Source: Chrysemys picta bellii
Taxonomy: Eukaryota
Assembly: GCF_011386835.1 (NCBI RefSeq)
Contig: NC_088794.1
Coordinates: 9,796,001-9,860,000, forward strand
Direction of reading: 5' to 3'
DNA length: 64,000 nt
Shown here one piece after another: positions 40,902 to 53,300 of the stretch. Both the position numbers and the translations under genes were made by a program. The stretch's first letter is position 1, and every line of letters begins with the position of its first letter. The notes under the pieces were generated by a model that saw only the letters and a list, made by a program, of their open reading frames with translations, ran no database searches and was not told the DNA's origin.

Positions 40902-43900
40902 ATGGGCAACTGCACCAAGACCCCTGAGAGGAAGGTCTCCAAGGTAAGACCAGGGTGGAGCGGGGCGGGCAGGGGCACACGGGCACTGATCCCTCTCTCC
41001 GTTCCCCTGTCTGTGTCAGTACCCGGAGCCTGTGACTCACCCTGCCTGCCCTGCCCTTCACCCCCCCCCACGCCCAGGTTCCTCGTCCTTCTAGGCATCC
41101 ACATGGCCCACCCTGCTGGTGCCGGAGACACCTCCACCCCAGGGCCAAGGGCACCAGGTGGCATCATCTACAAAGGGCTCTTGTCCTGCCCCACTCACCT
41201 TGTGCCAGTCGGCTTCTCCTGCATGTTGGGCCCTGACTGGATCTTTGCTGTAGGGAGCGGGGGTCCTGGGTCCCTGATGTTCATTGACCCCTCAGTGGGG
41301 CCTGTTGGTGCCAGCTGGGTGTGATGGGGATGGGGGCCCGGCCCTGTGGGATGCACAGCCTGGGGTTGCCCTGAGTGGTTTGCTTAGGGGGCAGTGAGCG
41401 ATCCCAGTGGGAATGGGGCAGGTAGATGCCAGACTCCATGCCCACCTGCGGGCCTCTGCCCCACACCTGCCCATGGGCGATGGTCTCCCCATACCCCCTT
41501 AAAGCTGCTCCTGGGGCCCAGTCCCTAAAACACCCCACACTCCTGCTGCCAGGTCCCTGTTCCATGCTCACTATGCCCCCCCTATTTGCCCATGGGCTCC
41601 TGCCCCACTTGTGCCCACAGGGCCCCACTTCACTCCCACCTCCAGGCCCCGCCTTATGCCTGCCTGCTGATAGGCCCCTGACATCCCGCCAACAGGCCCA
41701 TCCCCCCAAGACTGCCTGTGCATGGTCCCCCCACCAACACCAGCCCCCATGGGGCCCCGTACACACACACACATACACCGGTGCCAGTGTATCAGGCCCC
41801 AGTGGCAGTGGGGTACCACGTGTACATCCCCCCTCAAGCTCTGCCGTCTCAGCAGCTGAGGATGGGATCGTGGGTCTCTGGGTGTGTGTAACCACCTGTG
41901 TGATCGGGGGCTGCAGTGTCGGCGGGTTTGTGTCGTGCACGTGGGGGCAGGGGATGTGAGAGTGGCGGGGGGTGGGGTGGGGGGCAGCAAGGTCTGTGCC
42001 GTGGGTGTGTGCTGTCAGTGCTGGCCTATGGGGAGTAAGGGGACGTATCGGGGTGTCAGCGGGGCTCATGGATTTGGATGCCATGCGGGTGTGTGGTTGC
42101 CAGGTGAATGTGTTAGTGCCATGCGGGTGTGTGGCTGCCAAGCAGGTGTGTTGGTGCCATGTGGGTGTGCCAGTACAGGGAGCGGGGCACTGGTGGCTGA
42201 GGTATATGAGAGCCTCGCTTGGACCCGTCCATGTTCCTCTGTCTGTCTGAATCCCCCCCTCTCCTGTGTATGACTTGTCAATACAGCCCACCCCAGATCT
42301 GGGTCCCAAGTGCCTGCCGGGCTGGGGAGGCGCGGGCCCCGCTCGCTGCTAACTGCCCGCTCTGCCGTAGGACGGCAAGCAGCGCTCAGGCGCCCCAGGC
42401 TCCCCGGCCTCTGGCAGGCACGACCCCGACGACCCGGACGCCGCCGCGCAGACCCCGCCACTGCAGAGCTACTCGGTGCTGCATGGGCTGGTGGGGCCGG
42501 CCTGCATCTTCCTGCGCCAGAGCATCGCCATCACCCAGCTCGTACGTACCCGCACCCCTCCCATGCCCACTGCCCCACGCCCACCTCCACCTGGCTCCCT
42601 CCCTGTGCCCACCTCCCATGCCCACCACCTACGCCTACCTCCACACGGCCACCTCCCCACACCCTCCGCCTGCACCCACCTCCCCACAGCCACCGTCTGG
42701 CGCCCACTTCTACACGGACACTGCCCCATGCCCACCTCCACACGGCCCCCTCCCTGTGCCCACCTCCCACACCTCCATCTTCCTGCACCAGAGCATCGCC
42801 ATCACCCAGCTCGTACGTACCCGCACCCCTCCCACGCCCACTGGCCCACGCCCACCTCCACATGGCCCCCTCCCTGCACCCACCTCCACACGGCCACCTC
42901 CCCACACCCACCACCTGGTGCCCACTTCTACACGGCCACTGCCCCGCGCCCACTTCCTTTTGCCCACTGCTCCATGCCCACCTCCCCACGGCCACCACTC
43001 GGCACCTACTTCCACACAGTCACCACCCATTGCCCACCTCCCACGCCCACCCCACCACAGCACCCTCCTCCCACACCTCCATCTTCCTGCACCAGAGCAT
43101 CACCATCACCCAGCTTGTACGTACCCCGTGCCCCCTCCCACACCCACTGCCCCTCGCCCACTTCTACCTGGACACTGCCCCGCGCCCACCTTCCTCTGCC
43201 CACCTCCACGTGGCCTCCTCCCCACACCCACCACCTGCACCCACCTCCCCATGCCCACTGCCCTGCGCCCACCTCCTCACAGCCACCGCCCTGTGCCCAT
43301 CTCCATGGCTTAACTCTGACCCTGGGCCTGCAGGCCCCAGCCACTCTGTCTCTCTCCATAGCACCTGCAGGGTTGGAGCTGAGCCAGCGCTTTGCAGGGT
43401 GCAGCGACCCCCAGAAGCCTTGGCCACCTGGCTTAGAGGCCTTAGGTTGGCACAGGGAGCCAAAGGTGCAGCCAGGGTTCAGCCTGGCCAATGCCAGAGC
43501 CTCCTTGAGCCATGCTGCTGGAGAAGCCAGCCTGGCCCCTTCTTCCTGCCACAGGGGATCCCCTGATCTCTGCAGGGTCTGCCGTTCCCCCAGACAGTCC
43601 CAGTGGCTCTGCCGCAAATCCCCGGCCTGAGCTCCCATGGCCAGGGAGCGAACAAGTGATGCCAAGGGGCGGGGACAGAGTCCTACAGATAGTTTATCCC
43701 ACATTCCTCACAGCTTGAACCTGCCCCTCTGCACCGTGCCCTGCTCCCACACCTCCTCCCCGTCACCCAGCTCAAAGGTATGTATGCTCACCCTCGCCGG
43801 TTCCTCCCCCTACGTCCCCCTCCACCGGCCGCTCCAACCCACGCCCCCACTCTCCATCCAGCACTTGCCCTGCAGCGCCCCATGCCAGCCCTGCCCACGG

Positions 43901-46653
43901 AGCTGCCAGCACCTGCGTTGTGCAGCCACGGAGAGGCCACCCAGGGCACCCATGACGTGGACCCAGGGTCTAGCAGAGGGGTCCCAGATGCTGAGCTCCG
44001 GGGAGCCCTTGGGCAGGCTGGGCCAGGACCTGGCTGGGGGAAGGATCCGCAGCAGCCGCTACCCTCTGACCGCTCCCAATTCTCCTTCCTCCCCAGGACC
44101 GAGAGCTGCGGCCGGAGGAGATTGAAGGTAAAGGAGGGAGCGGGACCATGGGACGGGGCCAGCCTGCCCCGCTGGGGATCCACCCCCAGCCACCTGCGAG
44201 TGCTGCACCCACCCACCACGCCCAGGGACATGGGGCTGTGCCCCTCTAGGCAGTGCTGGCTCCGATCCAGCCCCAGGGCAGGCGACTGGCTGGCTCAGGG
44301 GGGACGGGGACTGGAGCACGGGGCCTTTCCCCTCTAGGGGTCTCCTTCAACTATCCTGCCCCCTTGGAGCACTGTGGGATATGTAACGAGTTTGGTGGGT
44401 CTCAACCCAGATTCCTGTGGACCCATGTCCCTGTCCGTGGCTGGTGCATGGGGCACCCTCATTGAGGGGCAGGCTATGGTGTCGGGGTGCCCTGTGGTGC
44501 CCAGCACCCCACACACTGTCACGGCGTCTCCCCTGCCCAGAGCTGAAGGAAGCCTTCCGAGAATTCGACAAGGACCGTGACGGGTACATCAGCTACAAGG
44601 ACCTGGGCGAGTGCATGCGCACCATGGGCTACATGCCCACCGAGATGGAACTCATCGAGCTGTCGCAGCAGATCAGTACGTGCCCATGCCCACCCGCTGG
44701 GGGAGGCACAGCGCCCCTGCCAGGGAGCTCCCTGCTGGGCATGGCCCAGCCCCTGCAGAGCTGCAGACCCCTCGCCCTTGGCACAATCCCCGTCAGGTCC
44801 CCTTCCACCCTCACCCGCCCACCACCCTGCGCCCACCTCCACACGCCCACCGCCCTGCGCCCCTTGGGCCCCCCGTCGCCCCAGGTCACAGATCCCATCA
44901 GCCCCCCCATAGCCCCGGGGCACAGACCCCATCAGACCCCCTTCTTGCAAGTCACAGACCCCATCGAGTCTCCCATCACCCCAGGTCACAGATCCCATTA
45001 GCCCCCCCACTTCCCATAGTCCCAGGTCACAGACCCCGTCAGCCCCCCCATCGCCCCAGGTCACAGTTCCCGTTAGCTCCCCCACTCACCATAGTCCCAG
45101 GTCACAGACCCCGTTAGCTCCCCCATCACCACAGGTCACAAATCCCATTAGCCTCCCCACCCCCCATAGTCCCAGGTCACAGACCCCGTCAGCCCCCACA
45201 TCGCCCCAGGTCACAGATCCCGTTAGCTTCCCCATCGCCGCAGGTCACAGATCCCATCAGCCCCTGCACAGTATAGCCCTGGGTCACAGACCCCATCAGG
45301 CCCCCTTCCTGCAGGTCACAGACCTCGTGAGGTCGCCCCCTCACACACACCCCATCGGTTGCCCCAGGACAGAGACCCCATCAGACCTCCCTCCCATGGA
45401 TCACAAACCCCACAGGCCTTCCCTCCCATGGGGTACAGACTCCGTCAGGCACCTCTCCTCCAGGACGTGGTCCCTCATCACCCCCGCCTCCCATGGGGCA
45501 GAGTCCCCCGCCAGGACCCCACACTAGGCACAGTTCCCATCCCTCCCCATCCTGCGTAACAGCGTTCATGTCTCACAGCTGGGGGGAAGGTCGATTTCGA
45601 TGACTTTGTGGAGCTGATGGGCCCCAAGATGCTGGCAGAGACGGCCGACATGATTGGGGTGAAGGAGCTACGGGACGCCTTCCGTGAGGTGAGAGCCCGG
45701 CGTGGCCCCATGCGCCCCACACACTCTGTGTGGTCCAGCCATGGGCTTCCGGTGGTGCCCAGTTGTGTACCACCAATGGCACCACCCAATTGATGCCACA
45801 GCCTATAGGGCAGAGCAGGGAACAGACACAAGGCAGCTGAACTGGCTCCCGGCAAAGGGAGGGAATTGGGCAGTCGGGCCGGGCATGAGGAGGGGAGCCG
45901 GGGCAAGGGGTGGGTGGCTGAGGTTGGGGCAGGGCAGGGGGCAGGTCTGGGAGTGTGACAGGGAGTAGGGGGGCAGTGGGCCTAGGAGGGCGGTGTGGGG
46001 GATGGCTCGTGTGAGTGGGTAGGCCTATGGATGCGGGGGAGGTATTGGGGGTGGGTGGGCAGGGCAATGCCAGGGACAGGCAGGGCCAGATGCGGCCAGG
46101 GCTGTCTTGAGGGTGCAGCAGGGTGGGTTGGGCCCAGGTGTGGGCAGAGGTGCCCTGGGGCAGCCCAGGGACAAGAGGGATCTGCGCCCAGCCCAGCTAT
46201 CTGCCTAGTGCTCTCCCCGCAGTTCGACACCAATGGGGACGGGCGGATCAGCACAGCCGAGCTGCGCGAGGCCATGCGCAAGTTGTTGGGTCAGCAACTC
46301 AACTACCGCGAGGTGGACGAAATCCTCAAGGACGTGGATCTCAATGGGGACGGTCTGGTGGATTTCGAAGGTACTGTGTGGGCAAGGCAGTGATCTCTAA
46401 TGGTTAGAGCTGGGGGGCTGGGAACCAGGACTCCTGGCTTCCATCCCCAGCTCTGGGATGAGAGTAGGGTCTGGTGGGTTAGAGCAGCGGAGGCTGGGAG
46501 CCAGGACTCCTGGGTTCCATCCCCAGCTCTGGGAAGGGAAGGTGACCTAATGGGTTGGGGGAGGTACCAGGATTTCTGGGTTCTTTGTCTTCACTGCCCT
46601 AACAGTGTCCTTGGGTTGCTCTGGCAGAGTTTGTGCGAATGATGTCACGCTGA
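40902..46653 (+). CDS. CABP2: Calcium-binding protein 2 (long form), 7 exons, 220 aa
   Basis: Exons 40902-40943, 42371-42541, 44097-44127, 44541-44675, 45579-45688, 46223-46370 and 46628-46653 (sum 663 nt). N-myristoylation start [18 protein letters not shown]-hands [18 protein letters not shown] and [19 protein letters not shown] lacks the NMNL insert of CaBP1-type paralogs. The 171-nt exon 2 is skippable in frame (short form). Confidence 0.95.
42505..43310. repeat. Tandem triplication of the CABP2 exon 2 3' end, donor and intron start
   Basis: ATCTTCCTGC(G/A)CCAGAGCATC(G/A)CCATCACCCAGCT(C/T)GTACGTACC with GT at 42542, 42813 and 43117. Confidence 0.9.
44880..45325. repeat. ~33-40-bp tandem repeat in CABP2 intron 4
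   Basis: About a dozen CCCAGGTCACAGA(C/T)CCC units. Confidence 0.9.
46390..46550. repeat. tRNA/SINE-derived ~75-bp tandem repeat in CABP2 intron 6
   Basis: Two units of GGTTAGAGC..GGCTGGGA(A/G)CCAGGACTCCTGG..TCCATCCCCAGCTCTGGGA; a related copy lies at ~20590-20690. Confidence 0.6.
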
Positions 46654-47500
46654 GGCAACAAGTGCCAGTGCAGGGTGCGGGACAAGAGCCCTGCTGTGCC
46701 TTACGGAGAGGAGGGGGCTACAGAGAGCTGGCTCCAGCGGCAGCTTGGAGGGTCCGGACACCAGAGCAGCACAACGCGCAAGCACTGAGCAAGGACCTCA
46801 CCTCTCCAATGCTGGCCCTGCCACAATGCACCCCGACCCCCCACGCCGGCTCCGCTGCTGATCTCTGCCTGCACCCCAGTCTGCTCATCCTGCATCCCAA
46901 CCCCACACTGGCCCCTGGTCCACTCTGCCCACACCCCCAGATGGCTCCGCCCGCACCTCAGTCCATGCCATCCCTTGCTCCTGAGATTGGCCTGCACCTC
47001 CAAGCCCTGGAGCAGGCCAGTGCCTGGAACACGGACTCAGCCAGGCATATACCTTCTATCAAAGTGCTGCTCCCTGGCTCCAACAATGCTGCCCCTCTCA
47101 CCTTATCCCTGCTCCTGTTCCCACCCTTTACTCTGCCCCACCACCCTGACCTTGCCCTTGATGCTGCCCCTAACACAGCCCCCCCACACACCAAGCCCTC
47201 CCCCCAAACACTGCAATCCAACCCAGGTAACACTGTTCCCAACACCCCAAACCTGTCCCCAACCTAGGGCTGTCCCTGGCATGACACCCCGGCAATCTGC
47301 ATTCACCCCAATGCTGTCCCCCTGACCTTGTCTTCCACACCCTGGCCCCACTCCCCAACCCAAATGCTGCCCCCTGCACCTGTCCAATTCTCCAGACAGG
47401 TTCCCAGTAGGTTTAGAGTGTGTTTCCCCGTGACTCTGCCCAGCCTGTGCCCCTTGCTTGTCCCCCAAGGTGTTCTGTTTGTGAGCCCAATAGATGATCT

Positions 47501-47506
47501 AATAAA
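47501..47506 (+). terminator. Polyadenylation signal of CABP2
   Basis: First AATAAA seen after the stop at 46653, followed by a U-rich GAGTTGTTCTTCTT tract. Confidence 0.7.
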
Positions 47507-47709
47507 GAGTTGTTCTTCTTCACACCTGAGTAGGGAGAGTGCAGAGGGGGGCGAGGAGGGCAGCCCTTCCCAAGCTCTCACCATCACCACCCCCCTAGGT
47601 GCTGCTGCCAACTCTGGTGCGAGTGGGGTCTGGGCTACATGGGGTGGGGGGCAGCTAGGATCAGACATGGGGTGGGATCTAGGTTTTGGGAGGGTCAGAA
47701 ATTGGGGGG

Positions 47710-48559
47710 GCAGGATCAGTGCTAGGCCCCAGCTTTTAAACAGTCCATTGGAGGAGTCCCTCAGTGTGCCAGCCCCCCAAGGGTCCCACTCTTCCTCCAA
47801 GGCCGGCCCTGCAGCCTCACTCCCTCCAAGATGGAGCCCCTGGGCTCCAGCCCTCCTGCTTCACCCCTGAGAGCTCTGCCCGGCACGTCCCACTGAGCCA
47901 GACCCCTGGAGAGACCTGGCCGCTCTTCAGGGGCTCCGACACCCCAGCCAGCATTTTCAAAACGGGTTTATTAGTCGCCTTTCACACAGCCCAGGGAGGC
48001 CTTAAGTCAGCAGAGAGAACTGAGGGTGGTTAAAGAATCAACCATTGTGGTTGAGCCACAATTTACGAGCCAAGCCCGACCCTGCCCATAAAGCCGTCCC
48101 CCACCTCCCAAACCTGCCCCCGACCTAGCCCAAACTCCATGTTCACGCTCTGGATCTCTCGGATTTGGTGAGAGCCCCCAGCTTCTTCCAGAGCCCATAT
48201 GTGTTCCCTGCTGGACCCATCTGTCTTTGTTCTCCAGGCAGGGCCACGCTGAGGTCACAGCCCCCCCCCCCCGGCCGGAGCATCCTGCTGTTGAGTGTCG
48301 ATGTGTGCGAGTCATGGAGCTTGCGCTTTCTCTCTGGCCCCCTTGTCGGTCTGGGTCAGTTTCAGCCAGTACGTTAATGACTCTTTGTTCCACCCAGACA
48401 GGGAGGTGACACCCACCCCTATGTCTCTGAGTCTGCCCTGAGAGTAACTTAATCCTTTTAATCCTTCCCCCCCACGCTGGATAGCCATGGCACATATAGG
48501 GGAAATGAGGCACACACAGGATTCATAAAACTCTTACAAAATATTCCCACTTTGTCACA
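47710..48559 (-). mobile_element. Near-complete solo LTR (same family as 19672-20502)
   Basis: The reverse complement starts TGTGACAAAGTGGGAATATTTTGTAAGAGTTTTATGAATCC; AATAAA is on the minus strand near 47966. Confidence 0.75.
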
Positions 48560-49299
48560 GGACAGGGTTCTGGCCGGAAGTGCTGGTTAGGGGGCAATAG
48601 GCTGCAGCCATTCCTGCAGGGTGCTGGGGGAGAGCTCTATGTCCCAGCTGTCCTCTTTTTGGGCTTGCTCTGGTGAGTTCCCAGTAACCACTGGGTTTGG
48701 CTATGTCGCCATGGATAGTCTGTGCTAATGTTCGACACTGGGATCACTGGGACATCAGATTTCAAGGCCAGGCCAGTTGCTGCATGGTGGTACTCTTGGC
48801 TTCATAACAGTCCCCTTCTAGCTTGTACCCTGGGTGTGACTCATGCAGCAAAGCTGCCTGTCTCCAGAGAGCCTGACCCATCACTGGGGTGGGGGGAGCT
48901 GCCCCAGGTGTGCCCAACCCAGTGATGCTGCCTGAGTCTGCGGAGAGCCTGACCCCATTGCTGTGCATGGGGAAACTACCTCAGGCATCACCATCATAGG
49001 GTTCGGCAGGTAGTTCCTGCCGAACCCCATGAAGCCAATTGCGCTGTCAGCGTTGTTTCCTGCCAGTGGCGTTGGCAGCGCCATCCTGTGAGCGTGGATC
49101 CATCGCTGTCCGATGCAGAGGCAGTTACTGGGGTGAGGGGCAGCTAGTTGCAGGGTGGGAAGGAGGAATTCATCCCTGCACTCAGTGAAAGCCCCCCCCC
49201 CCCAATCCCTGCCCAACAGGGAGGCAAAGAGGAGATGCCCCCGCCCCAGGCCCTGAGTGCCCCCATGCAGCCAGCCACAGCGCCACTCCCTGCTCACCA

Positions 49300-50350
49300 G
49301 CTGCGGCCGATGGCTGGCGAGGAGCCAGGCGATGGCTCCCCTCTCTTGACCGCGGGCGGCCCCGGCCCCGGCCATGCCCCCCCCCCCGGGCTAGGCTGGT
49401 CCCCGCCCCGAGCAAGCGGGGTCTCGAGCAAACTCCGAGCAGGTGGGTGCCCAGTGGCTCGCGGGCTGATCGGCCAGATCCAGCCCCGCGGCGGTGCAGG
49501 GGGGGGGGGGGGGGGGGACCCAGGCCACGGCACGGGTTCGGGTTCGGCTCCAGCCCAGCGGGCGGGTCCCGTCCCTCGGGAGCCCCGTCTCGGAGCCCGC
49601 GGCCCAGCCACGTGGCGCAGCGGCCCGAGAGCCGGGCGGGGGCACCCGGACCCGGCCTCCCTGCGCGGGCTGGCCGCGCTGCCGCGGTTCAGGGACCGGG
49701 GCCGGGGCCGGTCCGGCCGAGCGCGCCTAGGCCGTAGCTGGGCATCTCACTGCTCTCCATGGAGACGGGAGGGAGCGCGCGGGCGCCATTACGTATGAGA
49801 CAGACGTCACAGAGGGGGGCGGAAGACGCAAGCGCGGGGGGGGGAAAGCGTCATCGCGAGCGGACGCTGCGGGGTCCGAGCGGAGCGAGCCAGGCGGCAG
49901 CGGCGCGCGCCGGGCCTGGCGGGCCCAAGCCTGTGGGGACGGGGCGCGAGCAGGAGGGGTGAGCGCCAGAACGCGCGCGCTTGAGGGGCTGGGAAGGGGC
50001 CGCGCGCCCACCCAGCGTGAGGACAGAGCCGAGAGCGGCGTCGGGACCCAGCGGAACGGTGAGGCTGCGGCCAATCAACTGCGAGGGGTGAGCGGGGCCG
50101 GCCAATCGGCGCGAGAAGCCTCGCCAGCCGGCCAATCAGCGGCAGCGTGCGGGATCCTCCCACTAGCCCGGGAGTCGAGGCGCCCCGCGCCGGAGCCGCA
50201 GCCAATCAGCGCCCAGGAGTCGCGCGCCGCGTCAGGGAGGGGACACGGGGATGTCCTACAAGCCCATCGCGCCCGCCCCCGCCAGCTCCGGAGCAGCCGG
50301 CACCAGCAGCAGCGCCAGCCCCGCCCCCGGGGCCCCGCCCGCCGGTGAGC
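49300..50350 (+). promoter_or_regulatory. CDK2AP2 CpG-island promoter with four CCAAT boxes
   Basis: CpG-dense. CCAAT at 50071, 50102, 50132 and 50202; CRE-like GACGTCA near 49804. Confidence 0.75.
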
Positions 50351-53300
50351 AAGAGAGGGACCCCCCCCGCCCGAGCGACCCCCCCCCGGAACAGCCCCTC
50401 CCCCGGGAGCAACCCCCCCCCCCCTTACCCCGGGGAGCAACCCCCCCGCCCCGAGCGACCTCCCCTCCGGAACAGCCCCTCCCCCGGGAGCAACCCCCCT
50501 TTACCCCGGGGAGCGACCCCCCCCGCCCCGAGCGACCCTCCCCGGAACAGCCCCTCCCCCGGGAGCAACCCCCCCTTCCCCGGGGAGCGACCCCCCCGCC
50601 CCGAGTGACTCCCCCCGGAACAGCCCCTCCCCGGGAGTAACCCCCCCCTTACCCCCGGGAGCGACCCCCCGCCCCGAGCGACTCCCTCCGGAACAGCCCC
50701 TCCACCGGGAGCGACCCCCCCCCGCCCCGAGTAAGTCCCCGGTAGCGACCTCCCCCTCCGTGAGTGACTTCCCCCCCCCCCCCCAGAACACCCCTTCCCT
50801 TGGGAGCAACCTCCCCTCCCCCGAGCGATTCCCCACCGGAACAGCCCTTCCCCCGGGAGTGCTTCCCTCCCACTCATGAGTCCTCCACGGAACAGCCCCT
50901 CCCCTGGGAGTGACCCCCCCCCCCATGAGTGACCACCCCCCAGAACAGCCCCTACCCGGGAGCAATCCCTCCCCTCCCCGAGTAACACCCCCCCCCAGAA
51001 CAGCCACTCCCCCAGGATCAGTTCCCCCTCCTGGAGAGACTTCCCATCCTACCCCTGGAACAGTCCCTCCACCAGGAGCGACTCTCCCCAAGAACAACCC
51101 CTGCCATGGGAGCGACCCCCCCCCAAGTCCTTTCCCCGGAACAGTCCCTCCCCTGGGAGCGGCACCCCCTCCCCGGGGAGTGCTCCCCTCCTCCTCGTGA
51201 CTCCTCCACGGAGCAGCCCTTCCCCTGGGAGCAACCCCCTCCCCCCCAGTTACTTCTTCCCAGAACAGCCACTCCCCTGGGTGTGACCTCCCCAGAACAG
51301 CCCCTCTCCTGGGAGTGGGGACCTTCCCCCCTCCCCCTGACAGCCCCTCCCCCACAGGAGCCAGTGATTTCCCCCACCCACCAGTGAAAAGCCAACACCC
51401 CTCCTGTCCCCCCCAAACCCGGAAGTCCGCTCTCCTTTTGTCTGGCCTTGTTTCCTTTCACCAGTGAGAGACCAGCCCCATCAGAGAACAGCCCTCCCCT
51501 TGCCAAGGACCCCCCTTGGGACCAGCCCCCTCCGAGCCTTACCCCCCTGCCCCAAGTAACTTTATTGTAGATCTTCCCCCTTCCCCCAGGACCCCAGCTC
51601 CCCAACTGATCCCCCCCCCACACCTGCCATTGACAGACCCATGCACAGGACCACTTCCCCACCCCCCCCACCCCCCAACAGCCCTACCTGGCCTCCCACC
51701 CACCCAGCCCCCGAACCAAACCTCCCAGGGCACCACCTGCTGGGGAGCCCCCGCAGCCAGGACCCCTTCACAGTAACTCTGGTTCATGTCAACATCCTGA
51801 ATCCGCCCTGCCAGACAGTGCCACAGCTCTGTCGCCCGCAGGCCTTCCCTTCCCTTCCCCTGCCCTGCGCCATTGGCATAGGCTGCTTGTGGCTCACACT
51901 GTTTCTTCAGTATTACACCGGTTGGGGACTTTTTCCGCTTCCCCTTGGGTAGACACGTGGGCACTGTGGTCAGAGAAGCTAATGTGGTCGCTGGCAGGTC
52001 TGTCTCTGCTGCCTTTGAGCTTTGACACTGTGTATTCTCCTCGCAGCTCCTAGGTAGCATTTCTCATTCTGAGGCCTCAGAGCACTTTATTAAGAAAGTA
52101 AAGTCCAGGTGCCCCTATCTTACAGATGGGGAACTGGGGGTGGAGGGAGGGGGAATTTGCTTCTCCAAGGTCTATGGCATAGCAAGGAGTGGAACTAAAA
52201 TCTTCTGACACCCACTTCAGTGCTTTTTCCCCTAGACCAGCCTGCCATGTGACCTATGCGCCAGGCCAGGCATTTGCTTTTCAAACCGCAAGATGGCCTT
52301 CCTGGAGTGCAGCTTGGCTGTGAAGTGAACTGGCCTGTCCCCACTCGCTCCTCTTGGCTGTGTGGGTCGTTCAGCGGCTTGCTTGTCTTCCATTCGGTGC
52401 CTTGGAGAGCCTGCTTGTCTGTAGCAGATGCTGCACGCTTTGGTAGCCTCTGAGCTGAAAGAGCAGCTTGTTGTTTGAGAAATAAGCTCGGATTGTGGAG
52501 TCAGACTTGTTATCGTAATGCTGCCTGCGGGTGACAGGCTAGTGCCTGCAGCTGGGACTTGGGCGTTCCTGACTTCAGAGCAGTTAACTGTGCAATCTTG
52601 TACACTCCCTCCTAAGGAATTAGGAGGCTGAATGCAGAAAAGTTGCATTTGTAGCTGGTCATAAACTAGAAGTTTACCCACAAAAGCTTCTGCCCAAATA
52701 AATCCCTTAGTCTTTAAGGTGCCACCGGACTCCTTGTTGTTTCCATTAAAAGTGTCAATTCTGTTCCTGGAGTGGGAGACTCCTGCTGATAGGGCACTTC
52801 TGAGGGACCTAACCACGGTAGGGGAAAAAAGCAGCACCATGGTAGATGGGATTCCAGGGGGACAGATGCTAAGTAATGCACACTGGAGGGACTAATCTGA
52901 ACTCACCATCCACTTTACTGGGCTGTGTATTAACCATCACCACTCACGGCACCGCGGTGTACCACTCTCTGATTCCTCAACTTGCAGCGCAACAACGGTG
53001 CGAAAGGCAAACGCAGCGCTGTGTTTGCCTCAGGAATGGGCTGGGGAATACTATTGAAATCCTCGGCATGCCCTTCCGTAAATCAGTGGGGAGCCCTCCC
53101 TTGGAGATGATGTGCAGTACTGGTCAACCCATTGCAGAAGGGACACTGCCGAATCGGAGGGGCTTCAGAGATGAGCGACAAGAAACTCTCCGCCCTGGAA
53201 GGAGGTTGGGATAGCTCAGCTTGGCAGAGAGGGGATTTGACAAAAGGGTACAAAACACTGAATGGACTCCTAGAGACTGTCGAGCAGGACTGTGTATTTC

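Noticed and set aside
42066-43704. Multiple 150-420 aa ORFs around CABP2 exon 2
   Set aside because: They arise from C-rich low-complexity triplicated intron sequence. Only 42371-42541 is homologous to CaBP2.
45561-45578. Alternative upstream acceptor restoring the CaBP1-type NMNL insert in EF-hand 2
   Set aside because: The upstream AG at 45561-45562 is 16 nt away, which causes a frameshift, and no AG lies 12 nt upstream.
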